Shown here in pieces: positions 50,435-63,798 of a stretch of 64,000 bases of DNA (positions are counted from its first letter, which is position 1; each line of letters begins with the position of its first letter). The translations under genes were made by a program, and so were the position numbers. Source of the stretch: Octopus bimaculoides (taxonomy: Eukaryota); contig NC_068999.1 of assembly GCF_001194135.2 (NCBI RefSeq), positions 24,419,520 through 24,483,519 on the forward strand, given 5' to 3'. The notes beneath the pieces were generated by a model. That model made no database searches. It was not told where the DNA came from and saw only the letters and a program-made list of their open reading frames with translations.

Positions 50435-51929
50435 ACGCTTGTTTTGTTTCATCGCCTATCTCACAGCAACCACAAACCAGATGTGTCTTCTCAACTCCAA
50501 CAATAGAGAGCAGCTGCCATATTTTCTTCCATTACTGCCATCTCTGAAGAGTGCAGGGTTACATAACATGGAATCCATAATGTGAAACTTACTTGTAAGA
50601 TAGGCTGTAATGGATATTTAATAATGTACACTTTAATTAATATATATACACACACACAAATGTCACTAAATATAACTAGGGTGCTAGAAAACACCTACAT
50701 TGCTTAGCTCTTATTTCTAGCAATGTAGGTGTTTTCAAACACCCTAGTCACATTTAGTGACATTTGTAATTCTCCTTTTTGATGAAACATTGCAAACTGC
50801 TGTTCATATTAATTTCATATATATGTTATACAACAGGCTTCCACACACTTTCTAGTCACCAAATTCACTCACAAGGCTTTGGTTAGCCAAAGGCTATAGT
50901 AGATGACACTTGCTGCACAGTGGGATTGAACCCTAAACTGTATAGTTACAAAGTGAGCTTCTTAGTCATACAGCCATGCCTGTGTCTATGTCAGACAAAT
51001 TGGGAATAACATTGTTATATTTACTTAAAAAAAAAACAAATTGTGAGTATTGGAGTATCAGCAGTTGTATTTCTGATCATTGATAACATGTTCAAATCCT
51101 GATAAAGGAAAATTTTAGAAAATGTGTTTTAAATATTTGGTCATGGGATAAATATTTTATTTCTAACAAAAGCTACAACCTCTTTAGACATGCAAAATAC
51201 CTCTCATAGGTTGTGCTGTTTCCCAGGTTAAAAAAAAAAATGACTGCACTGTGGCTGACTGTCATGGCACAATTTTCATCACTACTTGGCAGAACAGTTC
51301 TGCCAAGCATCATTTTGATTAAAATTATCTATTTGATTTTGTGTCTAAAAGCATATACTTTATTAATTCTAACTTCCAAAATATTGTTTCTTAGTATCAA
51401 GATGGTAAATCTCATAATTTATTGCATCATGTTCAGCACTTCAGGTGTCAGAGTATAAAATTTGCAAGGCAGTTTTGTCATTCATTGACCAAATTTTAAG
51501 TGGATTAAACACTGTGGCAGCATACAAAGATCAATTCAGTGAACTGGATCAATTCAGTCAACTAACTAATTAAATCTGCCGTATGAAAAAAAAATCCAAT
51601 TATCTGTTTAGGTGCTTCCATTACAGCCTTTCAAATAAGAGTTTATTTCCACCAAACACACATTTTACAGGAGGATGTCAATTCTAAAGAGAATAATGAA
51701 GAGAAATGGTCATGACTGAAAAATGAAATTAGGTTACATATTTAGTTTTTTCAGCATCATCATTTAACATCCACTTTTCTATGCTTGCATGAGTCAGATG
51801 GAATTTGTTGAGGTGGATATTCTACAGCCAGATGCCCTTTTTGTCACCAACTCTCACCTGTTTCCATCAGTGTGAGGACATTTATATGAATTTAGAAAAA
51901 GACTCAAAACTCATTGAAGAAAAACTCTA

Positions 51930-52690
51930 TTTGAAAATAAATTGATATAAATTATCAAGAGTCTTTTTATTGCACCTATTCAATTAGCATCAATGGCTGT
52001 TTCAAGTTGGGATTGGAAGTGTTGACTCCCCTGAATCAGATCTTTATCAATCTTGGACAAAGAACTGGTTATGGCAGACTTGAGAGATTGTATGGTGTTA
52101 TTGGCTGGCCTCACTTTTAACTATGCCCTATACATATGGATTGAGGTTTGGTGAGGTTTGGGAGAACATGATCATAGAGATGGCATGCATCCACATTTGG
52201 GTTGTTCTAACCTTATGAAATGGCACAAAGTCTTGTTGGAAGACATACAGTCTTCTGTTCCATATGCTGTCTATCCAGAGCTTCACAACTTTCTCCAACA
52301 CCTCCGTATAGATAGTAGCATTAACCCTTTGCCCTGTGAAAAAAAAAAAAAAAATAGGATGCATGACATCTCCCTTGTTGCTAATGACTCCCAGAACTGT
52401 TATATTCGCTGGGAACTTTGTAGGCATGATTGTTGGAACCTCATTTGGGCCTCTGAACCATTTATTTGTTGTTCCTTGGTGTGATCGAAGTTTTTCTCAT
52501 CGGAGAAAAATCAAAGCATGTCAGCCTCTTGGTGTTTTAACTTGTTTAGCAAGCACTTTGCAGATTGAACAAATCTCATAATTCTTAGTTATTTTGAAAA
52601 TGAAAACCTGAAGGTTGAATGTACTCTTGTTAGAAATATTGTTACAAATGAGTTCAAGTCATAGTTGACAGCTACATTCTTCTACTAATA
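51930..52690 (-). pseudogene. Decayed maT/DD37D-type transposase fragment
   Basis: TKFPANITVLGVISNKGDVMHP..GQRVNATIYTEVLEKVVKLWIDSI..YVFQQD. Element ends not recognised. Confidence 0.75.
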
Positions 52691-52754
52691 ATAAGTGATA
52701 GCCTTAAACATCATTAATCCACCAGTCATACTCTCTTTTTGTTTATGATGGTGC

Positions 52755-53025
52755 TGTGAAGGTACATGGATTAGTGGTTAGGGTATTTGGCTCACGATCA
52801 TAAGGTCGTGAGTTCAATACCTGGCAGTTGACCAAAATGAGTTGTACCAGTAATTCAAAGGGCTAACCTTGTCATATTGCGTCATGCTGAATCTCCCCGA
52901 AAACTATGCTATGGGTACATGTGTCTGTGGAGGGCTCAGCCTCCTGCATGTTAAATTCACGAGCTGGTTGTTCTGTTGATTGAATCAACTGACCACTCAT
53001 TGTCATAACCAACGGAATGCCAGTT
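52755..53025 (+). mobile_element. SINE family B, diverged
   Basis: tRNA-like head with gagttcaatacc; 3' part colinear with 8570-8730. Confidence 0.65.
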
Positions 53026-55625
53026 TTTATGATGATGTTCAATAACATTTTGAATATTTATGAAACCCCTCTACAAATAGCTGCCTTCATTTTGTTTACA
53101 TCTTCAGAAGATTACAAATGTTCTATTTCAACTGCCACTCCTCGACCTCAAAATAAATATTAAAATCCTCCAGGTTGAATATCTAAAAAATTGTTTCATA
53201 TAACAAAAGCCTGCAACAGCAAATGTTCAAACATCTTGTATTCAATACTTGCCCCAAATATTTCCTTAATTTTGCTTATTTGGGACACTGTGTTATTTCT
53301 CTTTTGTTGTATTGATACATAATATACAGATCAAAAGTCTATTTCAGATTAAAAATTAGAGCTTATCTCGCCAAGAATTAAGGCAACATAGAATTACTTC
53401 CCTTGTTATAGTAATTATGAATTTCCTTGCAAGAGATTTAACTAATAAAATTTCGGATCGTTTTAAATGATTCAAGGTAGGGAAAAAGAGAACTTTAAAA
53501 TTAAGGAAACTGTTTTAGAACAAAGAATGCCTTGGTATCTTTATGGATAAAGTTATACAAATACTGCAATGGAACTTTGGCAGAAATAAAAAATATCTTG
53601 TATATGAGAACTGTTATCCAAAAATTTTCAAGAATATTTGAAGTTGAATTACCATACATAAGTAATTCAAGTAGGTGTTTGAATAATTAGAGGTATTAAT
53701 TAAAATTAGTAAGGTAGGGAAACATTATAGGGACAACAATATAAATTGTTTAATTACATTTTCAATAGTAATAATGTCAGGAATTAAGCAATAACAAAGA
53801 CTATAAAATTCTATATTATTTGCTCAAGCAGAATTATTTCAAGTAGTTTCTGAAAACTTATGTTACCAGTGGAGAGGGTAAAAGAGAAACCAAGGTTCAA
53901 ATTTATCTTTTGGCTCCTTAAATAAATGTGTGGAATTTATTCTTCAAAAGTGAACTCAAAAACATTGTAATACAAATGAAAACAAGAGACTCAGGTATTT
54001 TAATATACATTTTATTTTCACAAATGAAATCATACCAATATTGGGATGGTGACCTTTATCCTACCAAAAAAAAAAAATATATATCTCTAATTTATATGGC
54101 ACTTTGTAACAGGCTCTTTTAATGTGATTTTCTAGAAAGGAAAATAAAATCCTTTCTACTATAGACACAAGGCCTGAGAAAGGAAAGACGAAAGTAAAAT
54201 GACAACTAGCTATCTTATGAAAAACACATAAAAAGCTGAAGAGAAACAGTTTAACCATACCTCCTTCCAAAACTCCAATAATAATTTATGATTTATTGGC
54301 TGGTATTTATAATTTCAGTTCATTGAAAAATATAATATGTATCTAACATGCTAGAAGGAATATATTCCATAATTTAACAACTAACTTACTCCAACTCATA
54401 AAGGAGTTATTAAACAGAAATTATTTTGCCAATCTGACAGAAAAGTGTATAAAGATAAAGTGAGAGAAAATTAGTCACCAAATTACATCAACATTACTCT
54501 TTTTTTTAAATGTAATATTTATTATATGTGAAACCATTGTCTTTGTATATGGTGTATACAAATAGCAATTAGACTGATCCTATCAATTATTAATTCATTT
54601 GAAAGTAGTGTAGAGTCGATTCATTTGTGGGTTAGATTACAATGTCTCTAAGTAGATTGGTTCATTGATAGTAAAAAGAGTTTAATTGAACAGCTAGAGA
54701 TGTGGGTTGTTAACATTTCTGGTTAATACATTACTAGTTCAACTGTTAATTGCTTTCAGATTAAATGAAAAATATCTATGAAAAGTGTTTAAAATAACGG
54801 GAAAAAAAACAATAAAAAACTATCTATTATATCCCATAATGCTAATATGTGCCAATACCCCTTACTAGAAAATAAAATATAAATAATATATTCAAAATGA
54901 TTCACCATCAAAACTCAAAATAATCAAAATAATTAAACCCAGATGTAGAAGATTTTGAAACTTATTTATATTGAACATTGTTCTTTTTTATAGAGATTTT
55001 GAAAGCAATGAAAGTCAAATGGATTTGCTTTTGGATAGTATCACAGGTGTGATGTTAAAGTAAATAAACATGTATTAGCTATATTACCATATTTAAAAAA
55101 TATATTTTTCAGCCAGAATAATATTTATTCATTTATAATAATTAAATAACAATAAAGATGAGCAGGTCACAAGTGAAATCATTCACTAGTGAAATCCTTA
55201 AATATGCAAGATGTAGAGCTTTCCTCTCTGAGGCAGCAGTATATGACTATTGATCAAAGGAACTCTGCAACATCATATCTGTTACAGGTGGGAAACCCTT
55301 NNNNNNNNNNNNNNNNNNNNNNNNNNNNNNNNNNNNNNNNNNNNNNNNNNNNNNNNNNNNNNNNNNNNNNNNNNNNNNNNNNNNNNNNNNNNNNNNNNNN
55401 NNNNNNNNNNNNNNNNNNNNNNNNNNNNNNNNNNNNNNNNNNNNNNNNNNNNNNNNNNNNNNNNNNNNNNNNNNNNNNNNNNNNNNNNNNNNNNNNNNNN
55501 NNNNNNNNNNNNNNNNNNNNNNNNNNNNNNNNNNNNNNNNNNNNNNNNNNNNNNNNNNNNNNNNNNNNNNNNNNNNNNNNNNNNATATATATACACATAC
55601 ACCTATGTATATACATATATATACA

Positions 55626-55663
<38 letters not shown>

Positions 55664-58136
55664 AGTTATTAATGTCCATATGCGATTCTTTTTGATATAG
55701 ATTACATTAGTGTCCTTATTCTTAAGCTTTCATTGTCTGTTAATGTTTATTTATTTATATACACACACACACATGCATGAATATATATTTTTATATGTAT
55801 GATTTCACTGAAAAGATTAATGAAAGTAAAGATTAAATGTAAATATGAACTACAAAGATGAGAAAGAGAGAGAGAGAGAGAGATTCTGAAACGAGTGTTT
55901 ATATGAAGTAGAGAAAGACCATTGACATTTGGACATCAGTAATATATATATATATATAACACAACTACAAATAAAGAAAACAGTGTGATATTCATTAGAG
56001 GAATCATGTGTCAGAGAAAAATAAAAAAAATGCAGAGAGAATAGATGCAGAGGTTGATTTGGGGTCGTGTTTTATGTCTCGAATTATTTAATATTTTTTT
56101 TAACTTTCATGTTCTAATTACTAATAAATTTCTAGCCATTGAAGTAGTCTACAATGTGGGACAAGGTTCTATTTTACCTATTATCATGATTAAAATTATT
56201 ATATGTAATTAAATAGCAAATCATTTATTCCTAAATGGTCGTAAGTATTGGTAATCAAAAATGTAGACTCTTGCAATGCAAAGAAAGAACAGCATTTGCT
56301 AAACACTAAATAAATATGTAAATATGTAGGAATGCCAATATTTGTAAGTAGATATGCCAACAAAATAGAATATTTATATGAAGCAATAGTGCTGTAGAAA
56401 GATTATAGAAATTGAGATTCTAACAAATTCTGGTCATGATAGATGAAGAATGTATATAGGTAAAAAAATACTAATGTAAGAGGATGTAACTAAAGTTTTA
56501 ATATATTCTAGGGTTATTTTTCATAGCGTCCTATTCTTATAGAGAACTACAGAATGCTTAATTTGTGGTGAAATTCATTATTTGTGAATCCAATGTGATG
56601 GAACCTATGCAAATATGTATTAGTTAGGATAGTGAAATTAGAAGAACATGTTGCCAGTATTAACTATGAGTTTGATTAGTAAACTGTCTTTGCTGAATAC
56701 TTACAATAGTTGTAAATTAATTGCAGTAACAAGCAGTTGAAGACTTTGTAGATGTAAGAAGAAAGATATCAGAGGAAATAATTCCAGTTAGATGACATAT
56801 AGTAAGTAATAGGTTTTCTATGTAATAACTGTTGGTAGATGTCATTGGGTAGTCATAAATTTTCTTGGTAGATTATGAAAATATCAGCTTTTGAAAATTT
56901 TATTTAAATAAAGTTGTTTGAAGATTGTTTTGTCCTAAGACACATATTTTACAATCTTAAAAAGTAGTTAACTCATAATAATGAAGGGGTCATATTCAAT
57001 GTGATATTTCTGCAGTTTCTGGTGAATTCTTAATGCCATTCTCAGCATATTCATGAGGCTTCAAAAGACTGCTATGAATTCAACCTTGATGTGTATGCTT
57101 AAAATTTAGCTAAATCACAAATTTATTGTATGTGTAGAGTAAATAAATAGATTATGATTGTTTGTATGCATATGAATGTTTTGATAATAAATTAATATGA
57201 ATAAATCTAATGTTAATCAATTCATTAATATCACTTATAACATTCACTTCAAATTGACTCAAGCATAGAACCAGAAGTGTAAGAAGATGAAAAAAAAAAG
57301 GAGTAGTACAGAAAACAGACCCTTCAACTACAATATAATTAGCAAAATTGAATTAATGAATAAAATGATGACAGCAAGGTCAAAAGTATTATCAATAGTG
57401 TAAGGTTAGAAGTCCACAAATGTAAATGTAAGTAAAAGATTTCTAAGCCATATTAAGTATGTTATATATATATATATNNNNNNNNNNNNNNNNNNNNNNN
57501 NNNNNNNNNNNNNNNNNNNNNNNNNNNNNNNNNNNNNNNNNNNNNNNNNNNNNNNNNNNNNNNNNNNNNNNNNNNNNNNNNNNNNNNNNNNNNNNNNNNN
57601 NNNNNNNNNNNNNNNNNNNNNNNNNNNNNNNNNNNNNNNNNNNNNNNNNNNNNNNNNNNNNNNNNNNNNNNNNNNNNNNNNNNNNNNNNNNNNNNNNNNN
57701 NNNNNNNNNNNNNNNNNNNNNNNNNNNNNNNNNNNNNNNNNNNNNNNNNNNNNNNNNNNNNNNNNNNNNNNNNNNNNNNNNNNNNNNNNNNNNNNNNNNN
57801 NNNNNNNNNNNNNNNNNNNNNNNNNNNNNNNNNNNNNNNNNNNNNNNNNNNNNNNNNNNNNNNNNNNNNNNNNNNNNNNNNNNNNNNNNNNNNNNNNNNN
57901 NNNNNNNNNNNNNNNNNNNNNNNNNNNNNNNNNNNNNNNNNNNNNNNNNNNNNNNNNNNNNNNNNNNNNNNNNNNNNNNNNNNNNNNNNNNNNNNNNNNN
58001 NNNNNNNNNNNNNNNNNNNNNNNNNNNNNNNNNNNNNNNNNNNNNNNNNNNNNNNNNNNNNNNNNNNNNNNNNNNNNNNNNNNNNNNNNNNNNNNNNNNN
58101 NNNNNNNNNNNNNNNNNNNNNNNNNNNNNNNNNNNN

Positions 58137-58167
<31 letters not shown>

Positions 58168-58169
58168 TA

Positions 58170-61000
58170 CATTATCGTCATCCTTTTACACCTGCTTTTC
58201 CATGCTTGCCTGAGTTGGATGGGTCTTGCACCCTTTTGACATCTCCTTTGTGAGGTCCATCAGCCTGAAATCACCTTCCATCAATTCCTCCTAGGTCTTC
58301 CTCTTCTCCAGGTTTCATTTTGAATATTTGGTACTTCTTTATCCAACTCTCATTCTACACATTACCAACTCTCAACTTGATGATGGTATCTCTGTACATG
58401 ATTTCCATGTCTCTCATGAACCTAATGTTCTTAAAGACTACCAGACTACTCTGTCAAAGGCTTTCTTCGAGTCAACAAAAGCTGGTCATAATGGCTTATT
58501 CTCAGTAAAGAACTTGTCCTGCACTTGAAGAACTTGTCTTACTATTAAGACATGTGAGTTATTTTTCTTCTGAATCAATTATGCCATAATTCTTTGTTAC
58601 TTTCATATCTTGGACCATCAATAACATCTTTGAAGTTGTTTTATTTTAGAATATCTCCTTTGTCTTGATAATTGTTGATACTAATACATCAGTCATTGGG
58701 TATAGAACCTCCCTATGTGACCTGATTAACTACACAAGTGACAAGTGCATGACCTACTTTGCCAAATATGTTCAGCATTTTAATGAACATTCTTACTTTC
58801 CCTGCCTTCACATCCTTAATTCTGCTTTCAACTATATAATAGTGAACCCTGTTGGGTCCACGTGGTTTAGATCTCCACCCCTCTCTTTATGAATTGACCT
58901 CATTCAGGGAGCTCTCAAAGTAATATTTTTGTGGCTCTTCTCACAATCAGGGAGGACAGGTGTACCACTATCATTTCCACACATTTTACTTCAATGACAT
59001 TGATTCACACTGAGACACTGCTTTGCTAACTAGAACACCTTAAACTTTTGATAATCTTCAATCACAACATTGGCAAACATTCAGCTTCTCATTTTGCCCC
59101 ATATATCTAATTGTAGCTTCTCTTTTAGTTAGCTCTCTCCATGCCATAAGGCACATAAGGTTACAATACAACCTCTTCAACCAGCTCTATTCTCTGCCGC
59201 TATTCTGGTCACATTCCAGCTTGTTCACCCTTCTCATCTCCTTTCCTTGTCAATGGTCTTTTGCCATGTAGTTTTAGGGAACCCTGCTGCTCTTATCCTC
59301 TCAGGCTGTCACTTTAGTACCACCATACAACTGCTATTTTGTTCTTGTCTGAGGACATGTCAATCCATTTAGCTTCTCTTTTTGCTCTCTCGTATAGTCT
59401 TTGCTCACTAATTTCTTCCAATTTTCTCAGACATGTCTTTTAGCTTTTATGACAATCTACAAAACATTCCAACATATTGTTACTTTCTGTTTGACTGTAA
59501 TCTCACTCCATCCTAAGTTCTAGTTTGTCACACAGCTGATTATCTTGTTGAAACTTCCGGTGTTATAAGCCTATTTCTGCCTCTGCCTTGTCATATGAGT
59601 CAACATGTATTTCTTTGATCCCTATTCATTCAAGTGTTCTTTTAGCTTCAACAATTTCCTTCTCCAGATAATTGACTTATGTCTCTGCAACCATCTAGCT
59701 CTTACTCTTATGTCACTAACCACGGATCTTTCTGAATTGACGGGCACTACTTTTCATTTATGTTTTATGTAGTGTTTTTGGTACCGAAACACTTTCAAAC
59801 TTCGTATACTTGTATATTTTGTATTATAGAACAGATAAAAATGTTTGTATTCGAAGTTATTTCATGTAAAAAATTGTCGTATTTCGGTAATTTCAACCAA
59901 TCACTGACGTCTGTTGAGGTGAAAACAATTACTGCCGTGGAATGTAAACAACATGTTCTAACGGTGTCATGGGATCTTTTCCCTTGAATAAAATTAGTGC
60001 CGTTGTTTGTCAACAACAACTATTGGCAGTACTGTTATTTATAACATCGTTCATGTGTTTCTACTGGTTTTAGCTTTAGGGTTTTAGGGTTAGGGTTCCG
60101 GTTTTAGAGTTAGGGTTATGATTATTTTTGCCATAACCTAACTCATAACCCTAACTCTAAAACCCTATAACTCATAACCCTAACCCAAACCTTAACTCTA
60201 AAATCTGAACCCTAACCCTAAACCCTTACTAGGGAATAACGATATAATTAACAGGGAATAACGTTCTTGACACCAGCAAAAATTATTGTTTACAAAAACA
60301 GCAGTAACTGAATTCAGCTGAATAGATGTCAGTGATTGGTTGAAATTACAGAAATACGACAACTTTAACATGAAATAACTTGCGATGTAGAAACTTTTGT
60401 TAAGAAAGTTAAGAGAAAAAGATGTTTTATATGACACATTCTACCAGTATCCCAAGTTTGAAAGTGTTTCGTTAAGAAAACAAGTGGTGCCCGTCAATTC
60501 AGAAGGATCCCTAACTACTAGTCTATTTTGAATGGCACAATCTTCACTGAGGGCAAATTTATTATTTACAATCAATTGCCTATCCCATTTCCTAGACAGT
60601 ATAAAGTCTATCTGGTTCACATATTCATCTAAGTAGGTGTCCAGGTGGCTGACTGGTTTGTTGAAGTTGGTGTTTCAAAAGATTAGGTCATTTGTGTCAT
60701 CCAACCAGATCGTATCTCATTTTTCATATCACAGCCATATGCAAGAGCAGCAATTAGAGTGTTGCTCAACGTGTTCATTAGAGCCACCGATCATGATAAT
60801 GCAGTCACTATCATTCATTATTTATGTAGTCTGTGTCAAGGACTCATAGAAATGGTCCTTTTGCCCATCTGTCAGTCTTGATCATGCTACATATGCAGAT
60901 GTAACTGTTATCATGTTGTCTATGAGTAGTCTGAGCTTATTTTTCTCAAACTTTGCCTTGATTACTTTATTAATTTCTTTGATAACAATATCGAATTGTT
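58170..61000 (-). mobile_element. Mosaic of decayed RTE LINE fragments, interrupted by the foldback element
   Basis: APE-like LTDGQKDHFYESL (about 60850). RT AFVDSKKAFDRV (about 58470). C-terminal REAKWIDMSS..PKTTWQKTIDKE..AAENRAGWKRL (59150-59400). Tail near 58180. Confidence 0.7.
59724..60510. mobile_element. 787-bp foldback DNA element with central telomere-like repeats
   Basis: Terminal 28 bp ggatctttctgaattgacgggcactact vs agtggtgcccgtcaattcagaaggatcc. Arms remain alignable for long stretches. 8-bp TSD ctaaccac/ctaactac. Central TTAGGG-like then CCCTAA-like arrays. Confidence 0.85.
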
Positions 61001-61852
61001 GCCATCTTATATTTTTAATTTCTTGCATGCACAATGTTTTTGAGTTTGTCGACCACACAATATAGTAGGGTCAGCTGGGCACTGTCTGTGAGAAAAAACA
61101 GCACCATGATGCAATTCACTCTGCCAGAAATTTGGAAACGACATGCTGTACTGCTTGGCATTCATGTTGGAAGCTCCAGTGCCAACAGATGGTGAACACA
61201 CAGAACAACTGTTGGCTTGTCATGTCCCCAAACATGTACCGAGAGTGATAAGAATTAAGCATCCAGTCAAAATCATGGCATTTGGAGTGATCACTAGTGA
61301 TGGTGATGTTATGCCTCCATTCATCTTCCCACATGGCCTCAGAATCAATACAGAGGCCTACATCAAGTGCCTAGAGGTAGTGCTACCCTGGGTCAAGAAG
61401 GTAGCTGCTGGAAGACCTTATGTCTAACGACAGGACTCTGCACCATGCCACACAAACAAGAGAACCCAGTCAGGCTGTCAGACAATTTCTGTGACCACAT
61501 CACCCCTAACATTTGGCCATCTAACTCTCCACACTGCAACCCCTTGATTATTATATGTGGGGCACAGTTGAGTGAGAGACCAACAAAACTTGTAACACCA
61601 AAGATGAACTGAAGGCAAGGATTATGGCAACATTCACCAACTTAAACAAGGAGACCATCCAGAAGAGTTGCAGGAGATTCTGAAGTCATCTGGAGGCAGT
61701 GGGTGAAGCTAATGGCGATTTTATTGAATAAATTTACTTTTTAGTATTTCAAGATATTTGTATGTAATTTTGATAAATATATCTGTCAAAATGAAATGTT
61801 AGAGTTATTTTCATTTTTGTGTAATTTAGACGACAATATATTCGCCATGCAC

Positions 61853-61856
<4 letters not shown>
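61000..61856 (+). mobile_element. Internally deleted maT (DD37D) transposon
   Basis: KHPVKIMAFGVITSDGDVMPPFIFPHGLRINTEAYIKCLE..GRPYV*QQDSAPCH..HITPNIWPSNSP..NP..ANGDFIE*. D-to-D spacing is 37 after correcting two indels. Confidence 0.85.
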
Positions 61857-61885
<29 letters not shown>

Positions 61886-61889
<4 letters not shown>

Positions 61890-62047
61890 TCATCATCATC
61901 GTTTAACGTCCGCTTTCCATGCTAGCATGGGTTGGACGACTTGACTGAGGACTGGTGAAACCGGATGGCAACACCAGGCTCCAATCTAAATTTGGCAGAG
62001 TTTCTACAGCTGGATGCCCTTCCTAACGCCAACCACTCAGAGAGTGT
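61886..62047 (-). mobile_element. Young 5'-truncated RTE-type 3' end inside (TA)n
   Basis: Only a few differences from about 65-224; (TA)n on both flanks. Confidence 0.85.
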
Positions 62048-63005
62048 AATATATATATATATATATATATAATAGAGTTTATTTATTCACTTGAATTTAA
62101 TAATTCATTCATTGCTATTCAGAATTTCTTAGTACGTGCAAGCCTAAAAGCTGAATGAAGGAAATTAGTTGGGGATTCATGCAACGGAAAGTTTGTTGGC
62201 TGTTGCTGAGGATGAATATGAGTGGATACTGTAGAAATAGCCTGTCTACTTGATGCTACGACTATGAAGGAGAAGTGGTGGTTAAGTGACCAGAGTAATG
62301 ATCTATAGACAATAATTACTATGTGGTAATGTTTGGTTCATTTAGTCAAGGATCTAAGCACAGAGAATTGAAGAAAATTGTTAGCAATCTGTATTTGAAA
62401 TTTTTTTAAAGAGAAATTTGTTTATACGCCTGCACAGACATTTTGGACATTTTGTTCAACATTTTGAAGCATTGAGTAAAGATCTGTTTCTCTAACAAGC
62501 CTAGTTTGCATTTATTTGATCTACATGTGTGTGTGTGTGTGAGTGCGCGTACTAATTATCTGCTAATACTAGTAACAATATGAAAGAATAAATATAAACA
62601 AGAGCTTCAATTCAACAATTCATGAGAATAATCTTTTCATGAAAACAATCTTCACTAACAATACTATTATTTTCCATTCACTATTGGTTTTAAAATGCAA
62701 AAGTATATTAATGTTATAATTGTTTATAATTGTTTCCTAATTTAACAGATATTTTAAGAATAGGAGATATTAGAAGTCATTATATGCAGGCTTTCCTGAC
62801 ATTAGGTTCCTAGGAGGTTCTAATCTTCGTTCATTTTGCTGTTAATTTTAAACTAACAGTCCATTACTGCTAAATATTGTGTATATATCTTCACTGTTAA
62901 TTTATTTTCTAAATTTTCATAGCTCCCTTTTTTTTATTGAAAAATAAGAGTAAAATTTTATGAATTTACCTCATTATTTTGGAAGAAATTTATTTTAAAA
63001 TTTAC

Positions 63006-63089
63006 CTGAAAAAAGGATATTCCTAGAATGACTCCGCCAATTAATCCAAGATTGCCATTCATGAAATCAACCACTTTCCGATAGCAACC
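63006..63089 (-). CDS. Tetraspanin exon: end of EC2 and start of TM4
   Basis: 84-nt phase 0-0 exon with acceptor tttttttccccttcacttttaatag and donor gtaaat, joined in frame to the previous exon across a 375-nt intron. Translates as GCYRKVVDFMNGNLGLIGGVILGISFFQ (conserved GC, then a hydrophobic TM4). Six EC2 cysteines in total. Confidence 0.95.
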
Positions 63090-63464
63090 CTATTAAAAGT
63101 GAAGGGGAAAAAAATCATAATTATTATAATTAATACAAACATAGAGTTGTCAAGATGCAAATATTTTGCAAAATTGATACATGGCTCCAGTTAGTTTTGA
63201 CATGGGGTTGGAGGATTGGACAAGATGCTATCACAAACACACAGGTTTAGTACTTTGATTTGGGTTAATTTAATTATGGTAAAATTCCATCTTCGTATTG
63301 ACCTTCCTGTCCCCTAATGTAATTCTGGAAACATGTAGTCTCCATTTTTTCTCTTTTTGTGACAGAAAAGTTGGGACAGATTTGGTATCAATAATAATAA
63401 TAAACAATACTAAACTTGTTGCTAAATTATTTTAAAATACTGAAAAGGAAAAAGTTGCAGATAC

Positions 63465-63617
63465 CTGCTGAAATATGTCACTTGAGTTATCATGTGGAAT
63501 CCGATTATCACATTTATCATGGTTACGACAGCAGCTTTTTGGCACGGTATCAGGGTTTGCGTGGCTCCATTTTGTTTTTAGCCAGTCCTCATAGCTATTA
63601 ATACCACAGCAGTCCAG
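63465..63617 (-). CDS. Tetraspanin exon: large extracellular loop (EC2), CD63/TSPAN6/7-like
   Basis: 153-nt phase 0-0 exon with acceptor ttttttgcttctctttag and donor gtatct. Translates without stops as LDCCGINSYEDWLKTKWSHANPDTVPKSCCRNHDKCDNRIPHDNSSDIFQQ, containing the tetraspanin CCG and PxSCC motifs. Upstream exons lie beyond the window end. Confidence 0.95.
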
Positions 63618-63749
63618 CTAAAGAGAAGCAAAAAATAAACAGGCCTCAAGTTAACGATTTTAATGAAGTAGTAAAACAGACAACAAAACTGAAAATTACT
63701 TTATTTTTTAAAAATATTTTTATATTAGTTTAGATTATACATATATATA

Positions 63750-63798
<49 letters not shown>

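Noticed and set aside
51294-51318. Perfect 11-bp inverted repeat cttggcagaac-a-gttctgccaag
   Set aside because: Isolated and short, with no supporting context.
53175-53250. Minus-strand frame ending CCCRLLLYETIF*, resembling a tetraspanin tail
   Set aside because: No acceptor at the right position and no LxG start; likely chance.
56705-56743. Minus-strand exon candidate with a gtaagt donor
   Set aside because: An in-frame stop lies just upstream, the 39-nt version is phase-incompatible with the tetraspanin, and there is no homology.
60067-60226. Relic of a real chromosome end-to-end fusion
   Set aside because: The arrays are short and enclosed in TIRs with an 8-bp TSD, which points to a transposon.
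60229-60262. tagggaataac...cagggaataac, resembling a homing-endonuclease site
   Set aside because: Does not match the I-SceI site; it is a short internal duplication in the foldback element.
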